A stretch of DNA of 29,976 bases from an uncultured bacterium (GCA_964619725.1 CAZUFC010000104.1:1-29976); one strand, 5' to 3'. Positions 19,601 through 28,701 are shown, counted from the stretch's first letter. Numbers and translations are program-made. The notes: a model not told the origin generated them from the letters alone.

Positions 19601-22600
19601 AACGTCGGCGATCAGTCGAATCCCCAACTCGATTCCGGGACCCTGCTTCAGGTAGGCTACCAGAATATCGATATCGGACGAGTATCCAGACCCTGGGTCA
19701 CCGACTGGAACGGCGACGGAATGAAGGACCTGCTGGTTGAAGGCAGCGATCACTTCTCGCTGTTTATCAACGTTAATACCGATGCAGACCCGCAATTCAA
19801 TGAAGAGACGGTCATAGGTCATCAGAAGCAGACGGGCATCATTCCTTATCACGACACCTGGTGTTTTACCGATATGAACAACGATGCAGCGGAGGACCTT
19901 CTCGTTACATCAAAATCAGGAGCGGTCATGTATTACCCGAACCAGGGAACGACATTGAACCGGGTCTATGAAAAAGCGATGTATATTCCCGGTGAGGAAC
20001 CAGGCGCCATGTTTTACAACAGAAAAACGCAACGGGTCGTGGACTGGGACGAAGACGGCTTGAAAGATATATTGCTGGTTCCTAAAAATATGGTCCACAG
20101 GCATTACGTCGTATTGAATTCCGGTTCCTCAAACGAACCATCCTTCACATCCCAATTGATCCTCTCAACAGAATCGGGACGCTGGGTCGGATTCGACAGC
20201 ACTTATATGTTCCCTGAAGTAGTCGATTGGGACAATGACGGCAGAAAGGACATTTTATCCGCGCATAGGGACCGTTATAACAGCGGAGACGTTTATCTGT
20301 TTCCGAATATCGGAGAAAACTATGATCCGGAATTCGGCGATCCGGAAAAATTAACCGCGGGTTACATTGATTTAGGCCCCGAAGAGGTCATTGGAATGGA
20401 AGTCACGGACTGGAATGCAGACGGCAAAAAGGACTTGATTCTCGCCTCAGACCTGGGTCCCGGACCGCAACGCAATCAATACATTTATCTGAACGAAGGA
20501 ACGGATGCGAATCCTGCCTTTACCACGGGCTCCCTTTTGCAATATATGCATTCCGGTTATGAATCTCCGGTACCGGGTATTCAATTTTGCGTGGCTCATG
20601 TATGGGATTACGAGGAGGACGGAGACCCCGACATTCTGATAACAGACAGTTCGCATCAGGATCGCGTTCACCTCTTCAACAACATCGGGACGCCCGGATC
20701 GCCGCAATTGATCGATGCCGGTTATCTTGAAGCTTCCTACGGCTATCTGATGGGTAATTATCATATCGCTCCGGCAGTAACGGACTGGGATGAAGACGGA
20801 AAAAAAGATATCGTTTTCGGAGAAAATCATGCTATGGGGTGGTGTCCCAACTTACAGGCACAAGAGACCTCGCCGCCCGAAGCAGCGCATTTTACGGCAG
20901 TTGAAGCGACCTCGACCGGCATTGGTCTTGCCTGGAGCAATCCTGTCGTCTGCGATCTGGGGGGAATAATTATCGTCAGATCGGAATCCGATATCGTCTG
21001 GCGTCCTTCGGATCGCATGCATTATCATGCAGATACAGGGCATGACGTCGCTCCGGGCGTGACGGTCGTTTACAAAGGATCGGAAAACCATTCCGTGATT
21101 CCCTGGACTGATGAAAACGTGGAACCGGAAACTCTTTATTATTACAGGGCGTTTTCCTATGATGCGGTCCTTCCCGCCTACTCGGTGGAAGGCGTTCAGA
21201 TATCCGTTACCGCAAGCGACAATACGCCGACGCCTTCTCCCACTTCAACGCCGACGTCGACTCCCACCGAAGGCCCGGCCGGGGAGCCGGAATTCGGAGA
21301 AGGCATAGAAATAAAACGTGAAGCTTACAGAGTCCTGGACCACACTCGTGCGACATCTCCCAATGCGACAGACTGGGATAAAGACGGCAAAATAGACCTT
21401 ATCTGCGGGCATCATGGACGCATTCAACTGGCGATGAACATCGGAACCGTCAATCAGCCTCAGTTCCAGGACGGTTCGGACATACAGTCCGTATACGGCT
21501 ACGTGGAAGTAGGCGAAGGCGCTTCACCGCAACATTTCGACTGGAACGCGGACGGAAGACGCGATTTTATCATAGGCGATTTTTACGGCAATGTTTTTTA
21601 CTATCAGAATTTCGGCGATGATGATGCGCCCGAATTCCGCAACGGCGATGCATTGTATGCAGGATACTCTATTCTCGATGTGGGCCTGGAAGCCGAACCG
21701 TTCGCCGTCGATTGGGACAATGACGGCAGGAATGATCTCGTGGTCGGAGCCAGGGACGGTAAAGTCCGTCTTTTCCGCAACGTAGGAACTGCTGCGAATC
21801 CGCAGCTCGATTCCGGCGCATTGATCTATGTCGGGTATGAACCCATCCAGATGGATGACGATTCCAATCCCTGGGTCGTCGACTGGAACGGCGATGGACG
21901 AAAAGACCTGGTAGTATCCAGCAGTTATCCCTACAGCTTCTCCTTCTTCGAGAACATCAATACGGATGCCGATCCTGCCTTCAGTGAGGAAACCGTTCTT
22001 TACCATGAAGGCAGCGCGGTCAGATTGGCATCGAATATCGACTGGGCGCTGGCCGATATGAATGGAGATTCTGCCCAAGATATTCTGTCGGCTACCGGCG
22101 ATACGGCTGTGCTGTATTATCCCAACAAAGGCACGAATACGAACCGGATATACTACGAAGCGGAATACATTCCCGGTGATGAACCGACAGAAATGTTCCG
22201 GCGTAATAAAGTCCCGCGCGTAGTAGACTGGGATGAAGATGGGTTGAAAGACCTGCTTCTATGCGTCGGCAGCAACGATGACCACTATGTCGTTTTCAAC
22301 AACGGCACGCAAACAGAACCAAAGTTCACCGGGCACTTGAGGCTGGCGACGACTACCGGACGGCAGATAGGTTTCACGGCGGAATATCATTGCAGTGAAA
22401 TCATAGACTGGAATAATGACGGAAAAAAAGACCTTTTAGTTGCTCGACACGATTATTCGAATAACGGCGACGTTTACCTTTTTCTTAATACAAATGAAAA
22501 TTATGAGCCGAGATTCGGAAACCCTGAAAAACTGTCTTCAGGATACTCAGACCTTGGTCCTAATAGAGTTTATGGGATTGAAGTCAGCGACTGGAACGAC

Positions 22601-23593
22601 GACGGAAAAAAAGACCTTTTCCTGGGGACGATCAATTCTCCAGGTTTTGGCTATTTGCAATACGTTTACCTGAACGAAGGGACCGATGCCGCACCGGAAT
22701 TCTTTACCGGTGAAGCGCTGCAATACGGCGCTGCAGGATATGAATCCCCCTTGCCCGGCGACTGGATTTCCGTGCCGCATATCTGGGATTATGAAGAAGA
22801 CGCGGTTCCCGATATAGTCATGACTACGGCCTGGGACGATACGAGACTCACCAACTTCAGCAACCAGGGAACGCCCGGATTCCCCGATCTGATCGACGGA
22901 GGATTTCTTACGGCCGGTTACGGATACATCGAAGGCGTCAATTCAATTTCTCCAGAAGTGACAGACTGGGATGAAGACGGCAAAAAAGACATACTGATCG
23001 GAAATCCCTTTAACCTGGTCTATTATCCTAATAATCAGGATAATCAGACATCGCCGCCCGATCCTTACAATTTCAACGTGCACGATACAGCTCACAATCT
23101 TATAGAACTCACCTGGTCCAATCCCGCAGACCTGGACTTTGCCGGAGTCCTCATCGTACGCTCTGAATCGCCCATAACCTGGCGGCCGTCAGACAGACAG
23201 CATTATCACGTATTGGCCGGCACGGAAGTCGCTCCCGGCGTATCAGTCGTTTACAAAGGCGCTGAAGATTATTCGAGCATACCCTGGACCGACGCCGACG
23301 TCCAAGCGGGCGTAACTTACCATTATCGTGCTTTCTCCTACGACCTTATACTGCCGTCCTACTCCGTAGAAGGAGCCCAGGCTTCCACGCAAACGCTGCC
23401 GGGAACCCCGACGCCCATACCCACAGTGACACTGACCCCGACTTTGACGCCCGAACAAACCCCGACCCTTACTCCGGTTCCCACGTTTCCGCCTGTTCCC
23501 GCATTGGGAGGTTTTGGCATTGCGTTCATTGCGACCCTGATGGGATTGCTTTTAACCGGATCAACATGGTTTCGATCGAGAGGAACTTTTTGA
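16679..23593 (+). CDS. Giant secreted FG-GAP/VCBS-repeat protein: three modules of 10 Ca-binding repeats plus an FN3-like domain, with IPTL-CTERM-like tail
   Basis: Signal peptide; 30 D[WYVM][DNE]xD[GAS]xxD motifs; LxW[TS]NP...Y[HY]YRxF FN3-like domains; PT linkers; VPALGGFGIAFIATLMGLLL...RSR tail. AAGGAG RBS favours the ATG at 16679. Confidence 0.85.
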   Translation: MRSLFFLSFAVLIILSFSWDGQSLHAEGAAGASKVLEGSAFRESKMIDVSKKGLSIEMENEHREDVLSPAGPPELEEAVEIKREQFVMSGTGSHFRLCVTDWDQDGVKDLLVGVNDGRIRIVSNTGSETEPFLENGAWLKSGYNDIDVGWNASPRHFDWNSDGRRDLLVGDSDGRVRFFANTGSESAPQFGSSITLNAGYGVLDVGMSANPFPVDWNNDGKHDLVVGGHDGQLHLFRNIGSSASPQLAAGEALTAGYQSIDVETDSQPRVTDWDGDGKKDLLVSGRGSYGAKLSLFLNEGTDANPLFQSETILYSSESYIPYAWRQGWDFCDVNGDGVEDLVKVNADRAISYMPNKGTNFNRIYDETLYMPGSQATSIYYNNMMSNRIVDWDEDGLKDLMLCVKTHDNAVYMIMNTNTEEDPELTGHIMPATVTGKRVGAGFDYDTPEIVDWNNDGKKDILMGRHDGSCGDIYLYLNVGENYDPLFADKQKLTDGYVDVGPREVIDVETADWNSDGRKDLLVGSNLRQSGGCLQYVFLNEGTDAEPSFSSGDVLEYGPVGYESLLTGTNLTVPHVWDYEEDGDPDIIITAAWTSNRLMKYNNHGVPGSPNLMQEGQLEAGYGYVGHVHAVFPDVCDWDEDGRKDLTVCERDGVFFYRNAQENMTSPNEVSGLVVDSVTETTASLKWTNPSDDDFAGVIIARAFEDITWKPSDRQHYHVNEGVETAPGVEIVYRGDEDHSTVPWTDEGLLPGHFYHYRIFTCDKVLPAYSIDGVQIVALTNGDTVTPTFSPTPTDTPTPTATATPTPVGEPEFGNKMEITREVHIIPEDGWRYRPWATDWDKDGKMDLLTGCTHGYVRLCINSGSAQNPQFQDAGRLNAGYSNIDVGDHSSPVHYDWNSDGKRDLLIGNAAGQIEYLENQGSDTVPVFAGSNTLQAGYGVLDVDHYAEPFPVDWNNDGKDDLLVGGHGGHVHLFLNVGDQSNPQLDSGTLLQVGYQNIDIGRVSRPWVTDWNGDGMKDLLVEGSDHFSLFINVNTDADPQFNEETVIGHQKQTGIIPYHDTWCFTDMNNDAAEDLLVTSKSGAVMYYPNQGTTLNRVYEKAMYIPGEEPGAMFYNRKTQRVVDWDEDGLKDILLVPKNMVHRHYVVLNSGSSNEPSFTSQLILSTESGRWVGFDSTYMFPEVVDWDNDGRKDILSAHRDRYNSGDVYLFPNIGENYDPEFGDPEKLTAGYIDLGPEEVIGMEVTDWNADGKKDLILASDLGPGPQRNQYIYLNEGTDANPAFTTGSLLQYMHSGYESPVPGIQFCVAHVWDYEEDGDPDILITDSSHQDRVHLFNNIGTPGSPQLIDAGYLEASYGYLMGNYHIAPAVTDWDEDGKKDIVFGENHAMGWCPNLQAQETSPPEAAHFTAVEATSTGIGLAWSNPVVCDLGGIIIVRSESDIVWRPSDRMHYHADTGHDVAPGVTVVYKGSENHSVIPWTDENVEPETLYYYRAFSYDAVLPAYSVEGVQISVTASDNTPTPSPTSTPTSTPTEGPAGEPEFGEGIEIKREAYRVLDHTRATSPNATDWDKDGKIDLICGHHGRIQLAMNIGTVNQPQFQDGSDIQSVYGYVEVGEGASPQHFDWNADGRRDFIIGDFYGNVFYYQNFGDDDAPEFRNGDALYAGYSILDVGLEAEPFAVDWDNDGRNDLVVGARDGKVRLFRNVGTAANPQLDSGALIYVGYEPIQMDDDSNPWVVDWNGDGRKDLVVSSSYPYSFSFFENINTDADPAFSEETVLYHEGSAVRLASNIDWALADMNGDSAQDILSATGDTAVLYYPNKGTNTNRIYYEAEYIPGDEPTEMFRRNKVPRVVDWDEDGLKDLLLCVGSNDDHYVVFNNGTQTEPKFTGHLRLATTTGRQIGFTAEYHCSEIIDWNNDGKKDLLVARHDYSNNGDVYLFLNTNENYEPRFGNPEKLSSGYSDLGPNRVYGIEVSDWNDDGKKDLFLGTINSPGFGYLQYVYLNEGTDAAPEFFTGEALQYGAAGYESPLPGDWISVPHIWDYEEDAVPDIVMTTAWDDTRLTNFSNQGTPGFPDLIDGGFLTAGYGYIEGVNSISPEVTDWDEDGKKDILIGNPFNLVYYPNNQDNQTSPPDPYNFNVHDTAHNLIELTWSNPADLDFAGVLIVRSESPITWRPSDRQHYHVLAGTEVAPGVSVVYKGAEDYSSIPWTDADVQAGVTYHYRAFSYDLILPSYSVEGAQASTQTLPGTPTPIPTVTLTPTLTPEQTPTLTPVPTFPPVPALGGFGIAFIATLMGLLLTGSTWFRSRGTF

Positions 23594-23893
23594 TTATCGA
23601 CTGCCTTTAAAGGAGAATAATATAATCCCTGCTTCAGAAAGTCGGAACTGATCAACCCGGGATTACACTTTTTTCAAAACGTTTGACAGTTCGTTTCGGG
23701 ATCGGGATCGGGATCGAAATAAAATGATGGGATATTCTGTCGAATTGTAACCCCAAAAGACGATTTTTCGATCAATGCTGATTTATCAGCACGATAAATT
23801 AGCTTGATGAATCATCGCCATCGTCATTGCCGGCTTGTATGACATCCGCCGGAGTATCCAAACCCTTGAAGAAATACTGCTGCATAACTGGTC

Positions 23894-23939
23894 AGCGCCT
23901 GTCCGGCATTAAATTTTGAATCGAGATTCGAGTTTGTGA
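23894..23939 (-). repeat. Partial copy of repeat element A, inverted
   Basis: Reverse complement reads cacaaactcgaatctcgattcaaaatttaatgccggacaggcgct, matching 24883-24937 and 25088-25142. Confidence 0.8.
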
Positions 23940-23953
23940 ATATTCATCAGCTA

Positions 23954-24745
23954 TCATTCATCACCGAACTCTTTGTCCAAATCCACGATCATTCCGTCAG
24001 AAGCCGCGACCACATCCATATCCAGTTCATTTCTCAAATCGGCTGCGACTTTCTCCGGTCCGGCCATGAGCATCGTTCTTCCGAAGTGAGTCAGCACGGT
24101 TTTCCCGGGTTTTACGGCTGAAAGTATTTCCTTTACGTCGTCGGCGCTCAGGTGCATTATCTTTTCATGTTGAGGCGGCGCATAGAGAACCACGTTTATG
24201 ATTAAAATCGAGGAATCTTTATAACTTTCCGCCAGTTCAGGAAAATACCTGGTGTCTGTCATGAATGAAACCTTGCGGTTCCCGAAATGAAACTGGATGC
24301 CGTAAGTCTGAACCGGATGGCGATGCCTGATTGAGGTCGAGAACGATAAACCGTCGAGAAAATAGCGGTGATTGGCTTGCAATATCTTTATATCGCTCAA
24401 AAAATCCCGCAGGTATTTCAGAACCACCGCATTGTCGCCTTCCAGACTCTCGGCCGGAGCAAAAAGCATCCCCCGCTTTTTTATCCCGCCGCCCGTCATT
24501 GCATCGATCAGTATGTTGACGTCATTGGCGTGATCGATGTGGTTATGAGTCAGTATTACGCCGTCCAGCTCAGTCACCTCTATTTTCGGGATTGATTCGG
24601 CGCATTTTACCAGGGTTCCCGGTCCCGGGTCCAGGATTATCTTTTTGCCGTTCATTGATATGAAAACGCCCCCCGACGACCTTAACTGCCTGGCGACAAC
24701 ATGCCTGGCGCCGGCTGTTCCTAAAAATTTTATGTAATTTCTCAT
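23954..24745 (-). CDS. MBL-fold metallo-hydrolase
   Basis: FLGTAG, ILDPGPG, THNHIDH (HxHxDH), FMTDTRY, HLS and LTHFG motifs. Confidence 0.9.
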   Translation of the reverse strand: MRNYIKFLGTAGARHVVARQLRSSGGVFISMNGKKIILDPGPGTLVKCAESIPKIEVTELDGVILTHNHIDHANDVNILIDAMTGGGIKKRGMLFAPAESLEGDNAVVLKYLRDFLSDIKILQANHRYFLDGLSFSTSIRHRHPVQTYGIQFHFGNRKVSFMTDTRYFPELAESYKDSSILIINVVLYAPPQHEKIMHLSADDVKEILSAVKPGKTVLTHFGRTMLMAGPEKVAADLRNELDMDVVAASDGMIVDLDKEFGDE

Positions 24746-24882
24746 CAATCGCCCCTAAACATTTAATGAACTTCAAGACGCATTCGGCGAATCTTCCTTT
24801 CTGTTCGCCTGAAATAACTGTAACATTTCAGGCATGCCGACGTCTTCTCCTTTGACCTATAATTAGCGACTGTCCATTAACT

Positions 24883-25142
24883 AGTGCCTGTCCATAAACT
24901 CGAAACTCGATTCAAAATTTAATGCTGGACAGCCACTTGGGTTTTTGATCCATAAACGGACGAATTTATCTTAAGGCAAGGAAGGCAAGGATTTGCGAGG
25001 TAGGGGTATTTATTATACGATGATTGAGTAGAGCCGCAGCCTGACGCAGTCTGGGGAAAATTCGCCGTTTATGGACAAAAACTAACTAGTGCCTGTCCAC
25101 AAACTCGAAGCCCGATTCAAAATTAAATGCTGGACAGTCACT
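24883..25142. mobile_element. Composite MITE-like array A-B-A
   Basis: A copies at 24883-24937 and 25088-25142 (ends agtgcctgtcca / tggacag(c/t)cact) flank B at 24941-25082 (long TIRs). Both A copies are preceded by taact. Confidence 0.75.
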
Positions 25143-25167
25143 TGTTAACATTTCCAAGTCCTGATTC

Positions 25168-25197
25168 TTGACGGTAATTTTTTTCTGGTGTTACAAT
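25168..25197 (+). promoter_or_regulatory. Sigma70 promoter of the nucleotidyltransferase/TA cluster
   Basis: TTGACG(25168)-N18-TACAAT(25192) with an extended -10 TG. Confidence 0.6.
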
Positions 25198-25247
25198 GAA
25201 AACTGTGAAAGGATGAGAGTTCCTTTATGTGCGTCAAAAGGAAAAAA

Positions 25248-25448
25248 ATGGATTTTTATATATCACATGATCGAAAAGAGGAAAGCATTGAAGCCAAAGC
25301 GCGATGGTTTCAGTCGCTTTCTTTTGAAGAGCGGATGGAAGCGCTTTGTTATCTCACTGACATTGCTCTGGAAATTAATCCGGATTTGCCTTATTTGAAA
25401 GATGATAAACAGACTTCTGGACGTATTCAAGTCCTTAGAAAAAAATAA
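25248..25448 (+). CDS. Small hypothetical protein, partner of the downstream nucleotidyltransferase
   Basis: AAGGA RBS; 66 aa with WFQSLSFEERM motif; overlaps the next gene by 47 bp. Confidence 0.6.
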   Translation: MDFYISHDRKEESIEAKARWFQSLSFEERMEALCYLTDIALEINPDLPYLKDDKQTSGRIQVLRKK

Positions 25449-25863
25449 AGTCAGATATCTCGTAATCGGCGGCATTGCTGCTGTGCTTTACGGCGTTCCG
25501 CGAGCAACGTTCGATCTTGACATTATTATTGATTCAACTGAGGACAACGCTGAACGGTTGCTTAAAGCGTTTCTGGATGCGGAACTGGGAACTGCAGCAT
25601 TAACCTCTCCGCAAGACATTATTTCGAATGAAATAACGGTTTTCAGCGATATCGTCCAAATCGACGTTCAAACTTCATCTCCAGGACTGGATTTTTCCAA
25701 AGCCTGGAAAAACAGGGAAATAATGTCATTTAACAAACAAAAGTTTTGTGTGGTTTCTAAAGAACATCTGATCGACTCTGAAAAAGCCGCCGGTCGTAAA
25801 GTCGATCTTGAAGACGTTCGATTATTGAAATCAGGAACAGATACTGACAAACAGAATCAATGA
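25402..25863 (+). CDS. Nucleotidyltransferase (DUF6036-like)
   Basis: YLVIGGIAAVLYGVPRATFDLDI catalytic motif and C-terminal KAAGRKVDLEDV. Confidence 0.8.
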   Translation: MINRLLDVFKSLEKNKVRYLVIGGIAAVLYGVPRATFDLDIIIDSTEDNAERLLKAFLDAELGTAALTSPQDIISNEITVFSDIVQIDVQTSSPGLDFSKAWKNREIMSFNKQKFCVVSKEHLIDSEKAAGRKVDLEDVRLLKSGTDTDKQNQ

Positions 25864-25888
25864 CTTTAGCGCCCATAAGAATATTAAA

Positions 25889-26272
25889 ATGAAACAGTTG
25901 TCAGAAAAACTAAATTCGGCAATCAGAATATTTGCACAATCAAAAGAAGCCATTGCGGCCGTTTATGTTTTCGGGTCTTTTGCCGTCGGGAAAAACAGAA
26001 AAACAAGCGATCTGGATATCGCTGTCATGACCTGCCGGAATATTCAGGGTTGGGAAAGGATTGAATGGGAGACGGAACTGTCGCGGATATTAAAGATTGA
26101 TGCAGACCTGACGATTTTTCACCAGGCTTCTCCGCTGCTTCAGCATCAGATTCTGAAGCACGGAAGGTTAATTGTTGAAAAATACGGAAAAGAGAGGATA
26201 AGACAGGAAGTTTTCGCCCGTTTTGCTTATTTGGATACTGAATTTCTTTATAAAGAAATGAGGTCGAAATAA
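25889..26272 (+). CDS. mntA: Type VII TA MntA-type adenylyltransferase antitoxin
   Basis: YVFGSFAVGKNRKTSDLDIAV (GSX10DXD); ASPLLQHQILKHG. Confidence 0.85.
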   Translation: MKQLSEKLNSAIRIFAQSKEAIAAVYVFGSFAVGKNRKTSDLDIAVMTCRNIQGWERIEWETELSRILKIDADLTIFHQASPLLQHQILKHGRLIVEKYGKERIRQEVFARFAYLDTEFLYKEMRSK

Positions 26273-26734
26273 ATGGTCGATGAAGAGGTGATTTCACGCA
26301 AACTTTCTCAGCTAAGAAGTTATGCGGACGAACTTGAGAAAGCTCATGACATAGACTGGGAGAAATACAGAACTGATTTACGAGCCCGGGCATTTGTGGA
26401 AAGATATATTCATCTTTCGATCGAAAAGACCTTCGATATTGGAAATCACTTGATTTCTTTTCATCAATGGCGTGAACCTGAAGGTTACAGGGACATTTTT
26501 TCTGTGTTGAACGAGCATGGAGTTATACCGGATGATAATCTGGAACATTTTCAACGGATGGCTTCTTTCAGGAATATACTGGTTCATCGTTACGAAAAAA
26601 TAGACGACTCGCTGGTTTTCGGTTATTTTACAAAACGCTTGAACGATTTTCACCTGTTTATCGATCATGTAAAGAAATGGGTAAAAATTCAAAAAAGAAA
26701 AAAACAATCGGGAAAAACCGATGACGATGGGTAA
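26273..26734 (+). CDS. hepT: Type VII TA HepT (DUF86/HEPN) RNase toxin
   Basis: FRNILVHRYEKID (RX4HXY); abuts mntA. Confidence 0.88.
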   Translation: MVDEEVISRKLSQLRSYADELEKAHDIDWEKYRTDLRARAFVERYIHLSIEKTFDIGNHLISFHQWREPEGYRDIFSVLNEHGVIPDDNLEHFQRMASFRNILVHRYEKIDDSLVFGYFTKRLNDFHLFIDHVKKWVKIQKRKKQSGKTDDDG

Positions 26735-26742
26735 GCGCTTGA

Positions 26743-27054
26743 ATGTCTGATTACGCTGTTTCCGAAAACACAAAAGAAAAGCAGAAAAACCTGAAATGGA
26801 AACCGATGGGGCTGCCGTGCCCGCGTTGCAGAGAACCGCTGTTATGGGAATCCTCAAAGAAAATGCAGGATTGGGCCGTCTACCTGTTATGCCGGCTTAT
26901 TCCGACCCCTCGATGTAAAAAATGCGGCAGCATAAAAGTAAGGGAGATGCCCGCTTCATTTCGCATAAAATTTTATTTTCGCGTTTTCCTGGTCTGCCTT
27001 CTTGTATTCGTAATCGGTTTTGCTTTCGCCTGCTGGAAGAAGCACAGAGGATAA
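26743..27054 (+). CDS. Hypothetical zinc-ribbon protein with C-terminal membrane helix
   Basis: CPRC and CKKC motifs; hydrophobic VFLVCLLVFVIGFAFAC segment. Confidence 0.55.
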   Translation: MSDYAVSENTKEKQKNLKWKPMGLPCPRCREPLLWESSKKMQDWAVYLLCRLIPTPRCKKCGSIKVREMPASFRIKFYFRVFLVCLLVFVIGFAFACWKKHRG

Positions 27055-27084
27055 AAAAACCTCTGTTTCTTTATTGAGATTAAG

Positions 27085-28701
27085 GTGTTTAAAAAGGTCA
27101 TAACTATCGTAAGTTCGGGATTAATTTGCGCATTTTTTTACCTGACGGCGACTTTTGCAGGGATATTCAACGAATATGAGCACGGCGACAGGACGCCGGC
27201 TTTTACGTATGAAGAAGACAGGATCATATCAGGCCATGAGGGCCAGGCTGAAACTTTGTCGTTTCGCTTAAGCCTTTACGGAGAGGAGGAAGTCCGTTTG
27301 CCTCTCCTGGTACAGGTACACGAATGGGGCGGCAGTTTTCAGCGCATGGAGGACATCGCGCGTTATACGCCGGAGGAATATGATTTCGTTATGCTTTATT
27401 TTCAGTATAAGCCTTCGACGGGCAACGAGGACGACTGGTGGTTCGGGACTCACTGGTCCGGCGAATGCCGCCTGTGGGCGCATGAAGCAGTGATGAACAT
27501 CGTCCGGGAAGCTCAAAATACGCCGCTGGTTTCGGATCATGTTCCTGGAACGAGCATTGATCCCAGCAGAATATATCTTTTCGGTCACAGCATCGGAGGA
27601 ACCGGAGCCTGGCAGTTGGGCATGAGAAACCCGGACATTTTCGCTGCTGTACACGCTCATTCGGGATTCGCTCGCTTCACGCCGCCAGTGGGACCATTTC
27701 AGCAGCAATTCGAGGATGACATCGTAGGAGGTCCTGCAGACGGCATAATAATAACGGGCGACGACGGCAGCGAATATCCCGCCCGTGATTATTCAAATCT
27801 GGCCTGGTGGCTGGAAAACTATCGCTCGCCCTCCTTCCCCGCTCCCTTCATGATCATAACGGCAGGCCTGGATGACGAAATCGTACCGGCAGCTTCAGGA
27901 GCCGACCTGATGGCGCCTGTTCTGGATGCTCAAAAACGCTGTTTCTTTTATTACCGTCATCAATGGGGACATTCGGAAGCCTGTTTCGTGCAGTTGAACC
28001 GCATGTGGAACTTCAGGCTCAGCCGGAGTTTTCCGGCGTTCACGAATCGCAGCGGTTACGGCGTCGCTTTGAATGAAATCGGCAATATTAATGATCTCTA
28101 TCAGTTTTCGTGGAACCCCGACACCATCGTCGATCTTCCGAACAGGTACGAAGTTCAGTTGACGGGAACCGGCACGGCCGACGTCACCCTCAGAAACCTT
28201 CAGAATTTTCAGGTCGAACCTTACGCTTCCTATGAATACCGTCTGGACGATCCTTCAGCGCCGCCAATGCCTATAACTGCCGACCAGTTCGGATTGCTGA
28301 CCGTCCCCTCCGTTTCAGGCCCTCGCCGCCTTATCATCACCCCGGCAGGCTATGACTCAATCATCATACATTTAACGCTGAATCAATCGGTCTACACAGC
28401 CGGGGATTCCTTCGTCCTCTCCTGCTCAAGTTACAATCCAGGACCCGAAAAAGAAGCGCATCGCTATATCATCCTGGATTACCACGGCGCTTACTGGTTC
28501 TATCCCGCATGGTCACAATCGCCAGACCATCAAACCGTCACGCTGCCTCAGAACGAAAACCTCTCCGACCAAATCCTCAACTTCACCTGGCCCTCAAATG
28601 CCGGAGCCAATACCGGCATAATCTTCTGGGGCGGATACGTCGATCCGTTATCCGGAAACTTGACGAGCAATATCGAACAGGTTTATTTCGACTATCAATG
28701 A
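27085..28701 (+). CDS. Secreted alpha/beta hydrolase (esterase/peptidase) with conserved C-terminal domain
   Basis: Signal peptide; PLLVQVHEWGG; IDPSRIYLFGHSIGG nucleophile elbow; GLDDEIVP (Asp); WGHS (His). Confidence 0.8.
   Translation: MFKKVITIVSSGLICAFFYLTATFAGIFNEYEHGDRTPAFTYEEDRIISGHEGQAETLSFRLSLYGEEEVRLPLLVQVHEWGGSFQRMEDIARYTPEEYDFVMLYFQYKPSTGNEDDWWFGTHWSGECRLWAHEAVMNIVREAQNTPLVSDHVPGTSIDPSRIYLFGHSIGGTGAWQLGMRNPDIFAAVHAHSGFARFTPPVGPFQQQFEDDIVGGPADGIIITGDDGSEYPARDYSNLAWWLENYRSPSFPAPFMIITAGLDDEIVPAASGADLMAPVLDAQKRCFFYYRHQWGHSEACFVQLNRMWNFRLSRSFPAFTNRSGYGVALNEIGNINDLYQFSWNPDTIVDLPNRYEVQLTGTGTADVTLRNLQNFQVEPYASYEYRLDDPSAPPMPITADQFGLLTVPSVSGPRRLIITPAGYDSIIIHLTLNQSVYTAGDSFVLSCSSYNPGPEKEAHRYIILDYHGAYWFYPAWSQSPDHQTVTLPQNENLSDQILNFTWPSNAGANTGIIFWGGYVDPLSGNLTSNIEQVYFDYQ

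Noticed and set aside
23954-24745. MBL-fold gene as a beta-lactam resistance gene
   Set aside because: No signal peptide; FLGT/DPG/TDT motifs fit the RNase Z/PhnP-like housekeeping branch.
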